From NCBI RefSeq assembly GCF_001194135.2, contig NC_068996.1:55966059-56030058 (forward strand): 64,000 nucleotides of DNA, written 5' to 3'. A model generated the notes under the pieces. The model was not told the origin of the DNA and did not search any database. It saw only the letters and a list, made by a program, of their open reading frames with translations. The DNA comes from Octopus bimaculoides. Taxonomy: Eukaryota. Shown piece after piece: positions 13,575 through 26,202 of this stretch. Made by a program: the position numbers and the translations under genes. The first letter of the stretch is position 1. Each line of letters opens with the position of its first letter.

Positions 13575-14190
13575 TACATTGGTCTTCACTAGCTGAAATA
13601 TCTCATCTGTGAGTGCTGTGAGAACAGATGATAGTCGTAATTCAGTAGCTGAACTGGTTGTTCCTGGCCATTGACAGTTTTGTTTTCAGTTCCCCCTTTC
13701 AGTATCTAGTGACATTTGCCATTAGTTCAATGAAATTCACTTGTTGAAATAGTTTACATCCAACATGCTGCATCTTATGATTTTAATTTACTCAGCTTGG
13801 GGCCTGACAAATGCTACTACCAGACCTGGAAATAGTAGTGGTTTAGACATGGTTCCACATTTCTTACAATCTTGGTAGTCCAGGAGACTAGGGCCACAAT
13901 ATTAGATGCATTAGTAGCCCTTTTTTAGATCCCAGTTATGGGTTAAATAACATGTAACTATTCAAGACAGGATAAGTTGAAATCATAGTATGTAGCGGGA
14001 TTGAAGTGAATTGTTTCAACAAATGAATCTTACTGAGTCAATGATGAATATCAAAAAATATGGAGAAGATGAACAGACAACAAACTCAATGGCCAAGATT
14101 AACCAGTTCAATTAGTGAAGTACTGCTATTATTTGTAGACATGGTGTGAGCAAAGGAGATATTTTAGCTAGTGAAAGACCAATGTAATTA
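13575..14190. repeat. Old diverged inverted repeat (about 225-bp arms, about 160-bp spacer)
   Basis: Reverse complement of 13575-13800 aligns by eye with 13960-14190 (e.g. gagatatttcagctagtgaagaccaatgta vs gagatattttagctagtgaaagaccaatgta). Confidence 0.7.
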
Positions 14191-14605
14191 AAGTCTAGGT
14201 CAGACAATCATGCTGCATTGATTGATCAGTACATCTAGTGTGAAAAAGTTGTATTGTTCCAGGCAATTTGCTTGACCAGACAATAAAAAAAAAAAAAGAA
14301 AAGAAGGAAAATATTTTTTTTATTCTCATATACGAATAGAACATAATATTTTCTTTATGTGTTTTGTGCTTACATATGTATCTATGTTATGTATAGGATG
14401 TAAGTGTATTTATATGCAATCATAACTTAAATTTATACATCAGTTTCAATGAACTTGTGTATAACACATTTTTGTGAATTCTTGTGCATTTAGAAAGAGC
14501 AAGCTGTTAGTAGAGGGGAGCATGAGATGATTTGTGAAAGATAGATAGGAATACTGTGAAGTGGGATGTCACAGGAAAGGAGAAACAGATTGAATAAATA
14601 TTTAA

Positions 14606-14822
14606 TCCTTCAGCATTCAGATTTCTCTATCAAATGTATTCTTAATTATTCATATTGATTTGAATTAATCAAGCATTTTCTCATAGTTTTGAGATTTCAA
14701 TGACGTGATTGTTCAATTTTTAGAATAACATTGTAGGGTTGGTGTGAGAAGGCAGATCTTGCCTTTTTGAAAATAAAACAGAATATTTGGGCTGCATATG
14801 GCTAGGTTTAAATGTTAAAGGG
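14606..14822 (+). mobile_element. piggyBac-like MITE, diverged copy
   Basis: TTAA-TCCTTCAGCATT ... AATGTTAAAGGG-TTCA; internal sequence matches the 8630 copy. Confidence 0.8.
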
Positions 14823-15350
14823 TTCAATTAAGATACTTAAGAGACAGAGAGAGAGATAGAGAAGGAGAGTGGAGGAGAGAGAGTAGGTTTTGAGAAACAG
14901 AGATTGTTATAATATCAGTTACAAAGTAGCCAGCAAGTGGTTTAAGAATGCCGGAGAGATATGGTTTGCTTAGTGATCAGCACTCTGTTCCTTTTGAGTG
15001 ATGTGACATATAATATACATGCACACACATTAATGCAACCAGATGTATCAACACAATCATAACTGCAGATGTTTCGATTGTAATAAAAATATTTCACAAT
15101 ATTTTATTTTTATTTTCATATACATCTGAATACAGCAAAAACATATTTGTTTTGAGAAGAAAAGCTTGATAGTCAGCAGTCTGTACTTCTGGCTAATTAA
15201 CTGAAGGATCAATTAAATATGCAAATTGCAATGTGCAACTATTGCATCCTGCTAAACTTTTCAAAACATGTGTAAGCTAAATAAATTGCTGATAATGTTT
15301 CTTCATTCTTTATCTTGTTTCACCTAAAATATATATATATATGTATATTA

Positions 15351-15403
<53 letters not shown>

Positions 15404-15748
15404 CATATATATAATCCTGGTAATCTATCCAAAGAAATTTATTCTTAAGGAATTGTCTACTTATCTCTGTGACACTAGTTCTCAAGCAAGGAAATAACCA
15501 AAGTCTTATCAAAGAAAGTCACTTTTGATTGTTGTTGTTCTTTATTTTAATTTTTTTTTAATATTATGTAATTTACTTTATAAAGCATGAGTAATTTAAG
15601 CCTTACTTTGTTTATTATTATTATTACTACTACTACTACTACTACTACTACTATTACTACTACTACTATTACTACTACTACTATTACTACTACTATTACT
15701 ACTACTACTATTACTATTACTATTATTATTATTATCATTATTATTAAA

Positions 15749-15782
<34 letters not shown>

Positions 15783-15802
15783 GTTGTTGTTGTTGTTGTT
15801 AA

Positions 15803-16014
15803 TGTGGTGAGCTGGCAGTATTGTAAACATACCAGACAGAATTCTTAATGGCATTTTGTCCTCTGTCTTCACATTCTGAGTTCAAATTCCACTGAGGTTG
15901 GCTTTGCTGTTCATCCTTTCGGGGTTGATGAAATAAGTGCCAGGTACACACTGGGGGTCGATATAATCGACTAGCCCTTCACCACAAAACTTCAGGCCTT
16001 GCATCTATAGCAAA

Positions 16015-16015
<1 letters not shown>
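15803..16015 (+). mobile_element. tRNA-derived SINE (third family, ATT-tailed)
   Basis: GGTGAGCTGGCAG head, GAGTTCAAATTCC B box, flanked by (ATT)n. Confidence 0.75.
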
Positions 16016-16062
<47 letters not shown>

Positions 16063-16111
16063 ATTATTATCAATTATTAATTATTATTTTTTTTATTGTT
16101 ATTAATATTAA

Positions 16112-16312
16112 ACTGGTGAGCTGTCAGAATTGTAAACATGTTGGACAAAATGCTTAGCAGTTGTTCCAGTTTTACATTCTGAGTTCAAATTCTGCTGAAG
16201 TAGACTTTGCCTTTCATCCTTTTGGGGTTGATTAAATAAAGTCCAGGTGTCATACTGGGCTCAATGTAATCAACTAACCCCTTCCCCTAAAATTGATGGC
16301 CTTGAGCCAAAA
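16112..16312 (+). mobile_element. tRNA-derived SINE (third family), tandem neighbour
   Basis: Direct homolog of 15803-16015. Confidence 0.75.
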
Positions 16313-16313
16313 C

Positions 16314-16344
<31 letters not shown>

Positions 16345-16402
16345 TTATCATTATCATCATCTTCATCATCATTATTATTAATATTATTATTATTATCATT
16401 AG

Positions 16403-16444
<42 letters not shown>

Positions 16445-16663
16445 CATTATTATTATTATTATCATCATCATCATTATTTTCCTGTCATTATGGATTTATT
16501 CTGTCAGATCTATTTTTCAGAAATAAATCTTTTTTTTTACAATTTATTTATTTTATTATTTCTATTTTTTGTTGGTTTTTTTTTTTTTAATAATTGCTAT
16601 TATTTATTTATTTTTTTTTTTTTCTGCTGTTTTGCTCATACAATTTTAAATGTATTTTATCAG

Positions 16664-16795
16664 TTTGGGATGTTTGAGACCATGTTGAGTGCCTTTATGG
16701 ATGAATATCCTGAATATCTCCGAGGAAAGAAAACATTGATTTGTGCCATTGCTTGTTTCGTGGAACTTCTGCTTGGACTCCCCTGCATTACTCAG
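16664..16795 (+). CDS. SLC6A5-like: SLC6 Na+/Cl- dependent transporter (GlyT2/GlyT1-like), first visible coding exon (end of TM8 to TM9)
   Basis: ttttatcag|TTT...CAG|gttagt; 132 nt, phase 0/0; FGMFETMLSAFMDEYPEYLRGKKTLICAIACFVELLLGLPCITQ resembles GlyT2 [21 protein letters not shown]...GFPMITQ. Confidence 0.95.
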
Positions 16796-17384
16796 GTTAG
16801 TATTGGTTTATTTCTTTAGTTCTTCTAATAGTCATTGCAGCCAAGCTAAATCTCTTCAGAGATTTTATAAAGTTCATAGGTCTAGAGAATCATCCATGTA
16901 CCTCTATTTCATCTCTCAATTACTTCAGTCTACTGGAGTGATAAAGATAGAATGAGGCATGTCACCCCTGGACTGAAACAGCTGTAAGATATTATCCCAT
17001 TTTCTGTCACTATATGTCATTTTTTTAATTACTGATATGACATAATATGTTACATGTGTTTGTATATTGTTATTAATGTCCTTTTAGTAAACAAATGAAT
17101 AAGTAAATTGACATAATACAATGTTTGCAAGTTGATGAATACCACCTATTAATCCCCTCCATTTTCTTATTGCTATATAAATTAATGGTAAAATAACTTT
17201 TTACCCGCACCCATTAATTGCACTTGGTAATGTAATTGCCATGCAATGAAAAAACACTAGTGTAATAATAACTGCGTATTCTTCCAGCAGTATATTGGAA
17301 AGATATTATCCCTTAGTGGGTTGGATTCACAACCCCTAACTTTCTTGGATTATATATATATATATATATATCTGAAAGGCTTCT

Positions 17385-17508
17385 TTAGTTTCAGAAAGGT
17401 TCAGTCAGCTTGGGGCTATAGTAGAAAACACTTTCCCAAGATGCTGTGAAGTGGGACTGAGTTCAGGATGATATGGTAGGGAAGCAAACTTGATACCACA
17501 CAGCCGTG
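17385..17508 (-). mobile_element. SINE head fragment (bipartite family)
   Basis: Matches 780-912. Confidence 0.65.
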
Positions 17509-18059
17509 ACTGTGAATTATGGTAAGAATACATATGTCTATGGCTTGGTAGCAAGTGCTACTCCAGTGATGTCTTTCAATTTCCATGTACTCAGATTTAT
17601 TTGCAGGTTTTCAAGTAGGTCTTTAGAGTGTCCTAATAGTGCAGTGGGTGACCTTAGTGCTTGCTATCAAAGCTATGTTGACCATAGAAGAAGGCTTTAG
17701 GTATATGAGTATCTTCCATGGGTAGCCCATGGCCAACTCACCTCTCAGCCACTGATGCCCCCAGCTCTACTTTGACCCAGTAGCAAGGGTCCAAGTTATG
17801 GGTTAATAGAAGGTCACTCACAGACACCCTAATGGGTCCAGTGCATATGAGGCCCTTTAGCTCTCATCTAAGAGAAGATTACTTTGTACATATCCCTGCA
17901 TTCTAATAACTACTGGTTTTGTAACATTTGTTGCACCAGGCCAATACACATTTGATGTAAGAGTGGGACTGGCTCAGCACAAACAATGCAAACCACTATG
18001 ACAATATTCTTCTTCATTCTAAGTTAAGAACTAACAATTTTCTTTTTTATATTTTACAG

Positions 18060-18159
18060 GGTGGAATCTATGTATTACAAATCATGGACTGGTATTGCGC
18101 AAGTTTCTCTCTGATGTTGATCTCTCTGGCAGAGTGTGTTGTCATTGCATGGATTTATG
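18060..18159 (+). CDS. SLC6A5-like: SLC6 transporter coding exon (TM10)
   Basis: attttacag|GGT...TATG|gtatat; 100 nt, phase 0/1; GGIYVLQIMDWYCASFSLMLISLAECVVIAWIY(G), the typical SLC6 GGIY..D.Y motif. Confidence 0.95.
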
Positions 18160-19789
18160 GTATATATCATATTTTGTGTATATATATATATATATATATA
18201 TACTTATGTATGTAAAACTACATATATCCACACATATACGCAAAACATGCACGCACGCGCGCACACACACACACAAACACACACACACACACACACACAC
18301 ACAGGCACAAACATTATCCATACTTAACTTATGTGTGTTGTTTAAATGTCAGAAGCTTTTGTTTTGCATCTGGGAAAGGTCCCTTTGAAGATGTTATAGT
18401 GTGAATCAAACTCAATATATTTCTTAGCTAAATCACCCCAGAAGTGATCTCGTGAGTGACAGATACATATTTCGCTTTATTTGGAGCTTATCAATATAAT
18501 GCACTCAAGTCACTTCCAAAATCAAAATCTCTAACCTGAAATAGATATACACAAATAGTGTATGAAATATTTGCTGATTTACAGTGGTGGAGTTGCATAT
18601 GTAGAATAAATTCAGATTGTGCAATAGATGCAGCTCCTTAATATAAACAGTATTAATATTACCTACTTAATGTAAATGTGTTTAGACACTAGAGGTTGCG
18701 TTTTGTTATCCAGGAAATATCCATTTTATTTATTTATTTATATACATATATACATATACATTTATTTANNNNNNNNNNNNNNNNNNNNNNNNNNNNNNNN
18801 NNNNNNNNNNNNNNNNNNNNNNNNNNNNNNNNNNNNNNNNNNNNNNNNNNNNNNNNNNNNNNNNNNNNGCTAGCATGGAAAGCGGACGTTAAACGATGAT
18901 GATGATGATGATGCACATATATATATATATATGACAAAAATACAGATGGAGAAAATCACATCTTTAATCGGTGATTCCACCATACAATACCAAAGATCAT
19001 TACTGTTGTGTCTGCATATTTAGACACAGAAAAATCTATAAAATACCAGTCAAATTAATATATCTGAAAGTATATGCTAATACAATATCATCTAGGCAAT
19101 CCAAAATTGCTTAAATTCAAAGTGAACTAAGAAAATATCTCCAATAGATGAATGCATACAAAATGAACGTTAAGAAGAAATATAATATTCTAAGAAAAGT
19201 CACTTTTGTCTTTAATATTTGATGATGTCAGTAGATAACAAAAGAATAATGGATAAACATATCCTATGTCAAGACAATTAGTTATTTATCTATTTATCTA
19301 CGTATTTAATAGTGCTTATGATCCCCTGTTATTACTTTACATTAATAAACTGTATTTTCCCTTAAACACCAGTTTTCTAAAGGACAGATAATTTTGTTTT
19401 TACAATTACAAAGGCATTTATTCACTTGCATTTAGTACTCATGATTAAAATAATTAGTACTAACCCACCTTTCAGAAGTAGGTATTACAGTTGGATTATT
19501 ATCAGTATTGTAATTAATATTAAAACTAGGTGTTAACTGTATTATCAGAATTGAAATTACTTTTACTTAAAGTATGAAAATATAGTTCAGGAAAATTATC
19601 ATTAGAGTTAATTCCATAATTCACATTACCAGTTCTACAGATGTATTTACAGATATATATATATGTGTGTGTTCAATTCAATTCAGCATAGTTAGTGCAT
19701 TTAAGTTTTCAACAATTTCAAAAATACTCAAGCTATAGAAGAAAATGATACATTTAGATATTTAAATAAATAATATTGCTAGGAGGAGG

Positions 19790-19920
19790 CATAATTGTGG
19801 GGTTTAGAAACTTGTCTCTCAACCATATATTTCAAGGTTTAGTCCCACTGCATGGCACCTATAACCTCTCAGGTTGGCTAAAGCTTTTTGAGTGAATTTA
19901 GCAGACAGAAACTGAAAGAA
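19790..19920 (+). mobile_element. SINE head fragment (bipartite family), opposite orientation
   Basis: Reverse-complement homolog of 17385-17508. Confidence 0.65.
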
Positions 19921-20006
19921 ATACTTCTTATCTTAGTATAGTAATAGTACTGTTTTCTTCATTTGCTATTTTAGCACTGTTTAAATTGCTTTCATTTTAA
20001 TTCCAG

Positions 20007-20107
20007 GTGTTGACCGATTCTATAAGGATATTGAACTCATGATTGGTTACCAGCCGTGTCGATGGTGGAAGATATCCTGGTGCTTTGTCACACCTGCAGT
20101 TATTTTG
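20007..20107 (+). CDS. SLC6A5-like: SLC6 transporter coding exon (IL5 to TM11)
   Basis: ttccag|GT...TTG|gtaaat; 101 nt, phase 1/0; (G)[33 protein letters not shown]. Confidence 0.95.
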
Positions 20108-20572
20108 GTAAATCTACACTTATAAATCATAATCATTATAAATCATAATCATTTGTAATGTGACACAACCTCATAAAAAATATTTTTAACAACAGAACTT
20201 AATTCTTGAAATTTCAAAATATCCATCCATCTGACCATCCAGCCATCTTCTCCACTCACTATTCTTGGAAGAATTGTTTTGATAGGACTTTGTGTGGCCC
20301 AAGGTGCCACACAGTGAAATTGAACCCAGAACTATGTAGAATTAATTTAATCAATATGAGGATTTTGATACTAGATATTTTATTGGATTCAGGTATAAAG
20401 AGCAAGTAATACTTTCAAAGTTTCATCTCTGAAAATATATTTTAAACCCTTTTATCAGATAATAAAAGAAGAAGCATTCTGCATGACAAAGTACCTTTGC
20501 AGTGTTTAGTTATGCCTCTACTTTCTGCAATGATTTGTTGTGCAAACGCAACAAAATACAAATGTGTGAAGA

Positions 20573-21120
20573 GAAAAATTGGGCATAAGAGGCATCAGGT
20601 GTGGTGTGCAGGAAGGATGACTGCACTGGTATTGGCATGTGATGCAGATGGATGAGGATGATGCAGTCTCCATCTCTAATCATCTGTTACATTCTTTTCA
20701 AGCTCTAATCCACTCACCTACCCACCTACCTTTTCCTCTCCCTCCATCCTGTTCTCTCTCCCATATTCACCATGCACCTTGACCTCACATCTCTCTCTCT
20801 TTCACTTTCCAGGTGGGCAAGTCATCCATTCACCTTTTCCTGCCCCTTTGTCACACTTTCATATCCCATAATACTACACCACACTCAATTGAGGAATCTT
20901 ATTTTGTAGGTACTTTGTGACCTTATCAATGCTGGTATCATGTAAAAAGCGCCCTCTGTACATTCTGTGAATTGGTTGGCATTAAGAAGGGTATCCAGCT
21001 GTAGAAACCATGCCAAAGCAGACATTGGAGCTTGGCACAGCCCTCTCCATGGTCAGTTCATGTTCAACTGTCCAACGTGTGCCAACATGGAAAAAGGGGA
21101 CATTAAATGATAATGATTTT
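20573..21120 (+). mobile_element. RTE LINE 3' fragment plus RTE-tail SINE
   Basis: gagaaaaattgggcataagaggcatcagg... matches RTE ORF ends at 38570 and 49390; ttggcattaagaagggtatccagctgtagaaac tail ending in (GAT)-like repeats. Confidence 0.6.
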
Positions 21121-21413
21121 ATATGTGTGTTTGTGTGTGCGTGCATACTTGCATGCATGCATGTATGTATACACACTCATTTTTGTACCTCTATCATACT
21201 TTCAAATCCATCTCTCAGTACTACACACTACTCAAAGCAAAGTCTTGTCTTGCAAGTTCTTGGTGACTCCAGTTCCTGTCAACTTTTCCAACTCATGCTG
21301 GCTAGAAAAAAAATTATGCTAGATAAAGATAGTTTGTTGTTATTTAAAACTATTTTCTATCATGGTGCTAAGTTTACATTCTAAATAGCCTTTTCTTTTC
21401 TTTTTTTGCTTAG

Positions 21414-21581
21414 TTCATTTGGCTTTTCAGTGTTTCTACATTAGGACCAGTGACATACGGTGACATTGAATATCCACCATGGGCCATAAGATTTGGCTGG
21501 ATTCTTGGATTAGTTTCTTTGGTTCCAGTTCCTTTGGTGATGATATATTCCATTTACAGAGCTGAAGGAACATTTATGGAA
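21414..21581 (+). CDS. SLC6A5-like: SLC6 transporter coding exon (TM11 to TM12)
   Basis: tttttgcttag|TTC...GAA|gtatgt; 168 nt, phase 0/0; FIWLFSVSTLGPVTYGDIEYPPWAIRFGWILGLVSLVPVPLVMIYSIYRAEGTFME. Confidence 0.95.
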
Positions 21582-21622
21582 GTATGTAGTTGTTGCCATC
21601 TTATTCTGTTCCATTTTTCTTG

Positions 21623-21694
21623 TCTTTCTTTTACAATCTCTCTTTCTTTTACAATCTCTCTTTCTTTTACAATCTCTCTTTCTTTTACAATCTC
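21623..21694. repeat. 18-bp tandem repeat x4 (tctttcttttacaatctc) in the last SLC6 intron
   Basis: Read directly from the sequence. Confidence 0.92.
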
Positions 21695-22080
21695 TACCTT
21701 ATCTCATATCTTATCTTCCTAATCTTTTATTCTCCCTCAGGGTTGATATATCTATTTAGAAAGAATTCACATTTGCCTCAATGAGCCAAATAACACACAA
21801 AGAAATGTACAGAACGAAACAAACCTCAACCAAACTAAAAGCCAAAAGAACAGAAAACACACACGCATCCAAACATACACACACATGCACACATACACAT
21901 GCACACACACACCCTTAGTTACTATATCTTTGATTCAATTGATTGAAATATTTCCACTCAATTACTGCAAAATTAATGACTAGAATATATCAATAATTAA
22001 TATATGACCAGTTTAGAACTTGTTTCTTTCTAATGTTTCAATGTTATTAAACATTTTCTCTTTTTTTCCCTTTTTTACAG

Positions 22081-22164
22081 AGAGTAAAATTGCTGATTAA
22101 GCCAGCTCCAAACTGGGGCCCAGTCCTACCAGAAAACCGCAAGCTTTATTTGGCTTCACTCTAA
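22081..22164 (+). CDS. SLC6A5-like: SLC6 transporter terminal coding exon (C-tail with WGP motif)
   Basis: ttttttacag|AGA; RVKLLIKPAPNWGPVLPENRKLYLASL then TAA at 22162-22164; resembles GlyT2 RLKLVCSPQPDWGP. Confidence 0.9.
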   Translation, partial: RVKLLIKPAPNWGPVLPENRKLYLASL

Positions 22165-22585
22165 ATTTTAAAATGAAAAGTATGTATACAACAAAATGGA
22201 GAGGAAAAAAGAAAACAGAAAAGCATAAAAATGTTTCTAAATGAGGAATAAAAGGAAGAAAAAAGAAATGAAAAACAACAGAACACACAATTGGAATCTC
22301 AATCTGATTGAACCATGAGATCTGTTAAAATGGAAGAAGTCAGAGCGACTCCTAATCCAAAATGAGAAAAGATACAAAGAAATCTATAAATAGAACAAGA
22401 GAATAAATGAAGTAAATAACTGAAATTACCTAAATATAGATATGATGTATATTATTAGTCTTGGAGTAGAGAAACAGCTGTCTGGTTTTCAATTTTGATT
22501 ATTGTCACCAATTATCGGGCAGAATAAATAATAGACATTAAATTTACTGCTGAAATTTTCACCACACTTTATTTTGTTAACAGGA

Positions 22586-22626
<41 letters not shown>

Positions 22627-22640
22627 CATATATGTTTGTG

Positions 22641-22747
<107 letters not shown>

Positions 22748-23005
22748 GTAAATGTATATATATATACATATATATGAGTGTGTGTATCGATATAAACATG
22801 AAAAAATTCTCAAATGATATTAAATGTATAAACAAATGTATACGTATGTATATCTACATACATATACACACACATATATATACATACACACATACACACA
22901 AAAATATATGTATATATGTATACACTTATATATATATAGTGCGCACACACATACATATATAGGCATGTGTGTAGAGATAAATATACAAACACAAAGCTAT
23001 ATGTG

Positions 23006-23055
<50 letters not shown>

Positions 23056-23347
23056 CTTGTGTATGTCTGTGTGTGAGGGGTGTGGATATATGCATATAAT
23101 AAACATATATATGTGTGTATGTGTGTGTGTGTGTGTAGACATATAAACATTTTTTTAAATTAACAACAATATACCTCTCCTAAAATAGAAGGTATGTTTC
23201 ACTATGCAGTGAAATAAATGCATAGAAAATGTCCAGTAACTAAGGCAGTCAGAAATACTATATCTCTGGGCATTTTTGATTCTGTTTTTCCTTTTCTTTT
23301 TATTATAATTATCATTATCATTTTTATTATTATTATTATTATTATTA

Positions 23348-23411
<64 letters not shown>

Positions 23412-23630
23412 CATTATTATTATTATTATTATTGTGTAATTCTTTTTGGGGCTTCTACGTATTCAACAAATTATTTACATTCATCATTAGCATCCTTTCT
23501 CATTCTTATTCTTATTATTATAGTACCAATCAGGTACTGGGGATTGATCTAATCAGCTTTTTATTAACCCCCACTAACTTCTGGCCTCGTGCTAATGTTA
23601 GAAAAAATGTTATCATCGTCATCATCATCA

Positions 23631-23666
<36 letters not shown>

Positions 23667-23682
23667 CATCATCACCATCATC

Positions 23683-23726
<44 letters not shown>

Positions 23727-24115
23727 TATTATCAATATTGTTCTAAGCACTGTGATGTGTGATGTGTTAATTCATTCCCCCCACCTCCCCCTGATAAATC
23801 AGATTAAGAATCCAGTTTGATTCCCATTTCATTTACATCATTAGTATTCTTTGGAGAAGAATGAGCCTAACAACCTCTTCTTGCAATTCTTAAGGCTGTA
23901 TGCTTGTTTAATTAAAAAAAAAGAATTTCATTTATACATCTGTGGTTGTGCACATGTGTATATATTTGAGCGAATGGTTTATATATGTGTGCATACATGC
24001 ATATGTACATACATATACACACAATTATATATATATATGTAGATATATATATATATATATATACACATACACACACATATATATATATATATAAATATAC
24101 ATATATGTGTGTGTG

Positions 24116-24147
<32 letters not shown>

Positions 24148-24177
24148 GTATATATNNNNNNNNNNNNNNNNNNNNNN

Positions 24178-24210
<33 letters not shown>

Positions 24211-24892
24211 CATACATTTTATACAGAAAAATCTTTTTGCTTTATGCTTAATACAAACATGGTAAACAAAGATATTTTTGACTGATTATTTTTTGTTTTA
24301 AAAATTTTTTTATATTTTTTAACATCTCTTACTGTCCATTATATATATATATGTATATAAACACATATATACATATATATATATATATGCATACATATAT
24401 GTATGCGAGTATATATGTATATATATGTGTGTGTGAGTGTGTGCCTGTATGGATATGTATGTGTGTGTGTGTATATATATGTATATAGGTACACACACAT
24501 ATGCATATACATATAGACATAATTATATGCACATTATATATGCATTATTTATATGTATATATATATACACATGTGCATATATATGTATATTACATACATG
24601 TATATGTGCATATAATGTCTATATATGCATTTGTGTATATATATGTATACTTACATATCCATACACACACATATATAAATTTACACACACTCATAATGTA
24701 CACACACACATATACATGCATAGTCCTAGAAGTATATAATATCAGGTGCCTAAAATCCTTTGCCTTGTCTATGCAACTTGCAGCTAAAGAAAATTACGAA
24801 ACTGATTTTGTAAAATAATTTGTTTAATTTTGATTATCTAATCTCATTATGTAACACACACACAAACGCACGCACACACACATACACACACA

Positions 24893-24934
<42 letters not shown>

Positions 24935-26159
24935 ACTGAGATATGTAATAAGAATATTTGTAGGGTTCAAAAAATTACAAAATATTTGCAGATGCTATAT
25001 ATTATTATTATTATTATTATTATTATTATGAAACTAACGTATATTTTGTGTTAACAGCAAAAAGCAAGAAAGTATGTATGTATATATTGATCTTATAAAT
25101 ATACAAACCCCAAAAAATACATATGAAGCTTAGAATATTAGTATTGTTATTCTTCTTCTTATTATTATTAATTTGACTTTTATGAATGGCAGTGCACTGT
25201 GGTAGAATTGTCATATCAGCAGACAAAATATATTGTGGTATTTCTTTTGGTTCCTTACGTTTTCATTTTGAATCCCAGCATGGACAATTCTGCCTTTTAT
25301 CCTTCTGGGATTGACAAAATAAATTAATTATCAATTACTGAGTCAATGCTATCAACTAATTCCCTTCCCCTAAATTTGGTGCCTAAATTAGAAGCAATTA
25401 TTATTATTATTGGAAACAAAAGTTTGAAATCAAAATTTAAGCATACATACATATATGTATATATGTGTGTGTACATATATACATATGGATGAAATCTAGT
25501 TACACACACACATACACACACACACACACACGCACACATTCATATATATATANNNNNNNNNNNNNNNNNNNNNNNNNNNNNNNNNNNNNNNNNNNNNNNN
25601 NNNNNNNNNNNNNNNNNNNNNNNNNNNNNNNNNNNNNNNNNNNNNNNNNNNNNNNNNNNNNNNNNNNNNNNNNNNNNNNNNNNNNNNNNNNNNNNNNNNN
25701 NNNNNNNNNNNNNNNNNNNNNNNNNNNNNNNNNNNNNNNNNNNNNNNNNNNNNNNNNNNNNNNNNNNNNNNNNNNNNNNNNNNNNNNNNNNNNNNNNNNN
25801 NNNNNNNNNNNNNNNNNNNNNNNNNNNNNNNNNNNNNNNNNNNNNNNNNNGTATTTTGGGCTATTCATCTTCAAGTGTATATCTAAAATAGTTATGCATA
25901 TATCTATAAGAAGTATAAGAAAAGGAAAAAAAATTCTAGTTGTAGACAATCTTTAATTCATAATCCAAGTCGGTACAGATCCAATATAAATTCCACAAAT
26001 TGTTTTGGAGTCTAATTAATTCCAAAGACAAAAACGAAAAACTCTTCTTGTAATAAAAATTAGATTCTTAGTCAGGAATTACATATTAGTATGAATAATT
26101 ACGACCAATAAAAATATAAAAAGACCTTTTATAGCCCAGATGGGAATGAACAAATAATA

Positions 26160-26202
<43 letters not shown>

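Noticed and set aside
15165-15176. CTT GAT AGT CAG (LDSQ), the expected end of the missing upstream SLC6 exon
   Set aside because: No GT donor follows and the upstream frame lacks the hydrophobic TM8 sequence
15803-15895. tRNA-like A/B boxes (also at 12.4-12.5 kb, 13.0 kb and 19.8 kb)
   Set aside because: Heads of dispersed SINEs; no cloverleaf or acceptor stem, so not tRNA genes
21623-21694. Short direct-repeat arrays (also 2406-2464, 30777-30815, 39130-39375) as possible CRISPR
   Set aside because: Head-to-tail repeats without unique spacers, in a eukaryotic context with no cas genes
22247-22252. AATAAA downstream of the SLC6 stop
   Set aside because: Several AATAAA hexamers occur in this A-rich region; the used one cannot be identified without 3' end data
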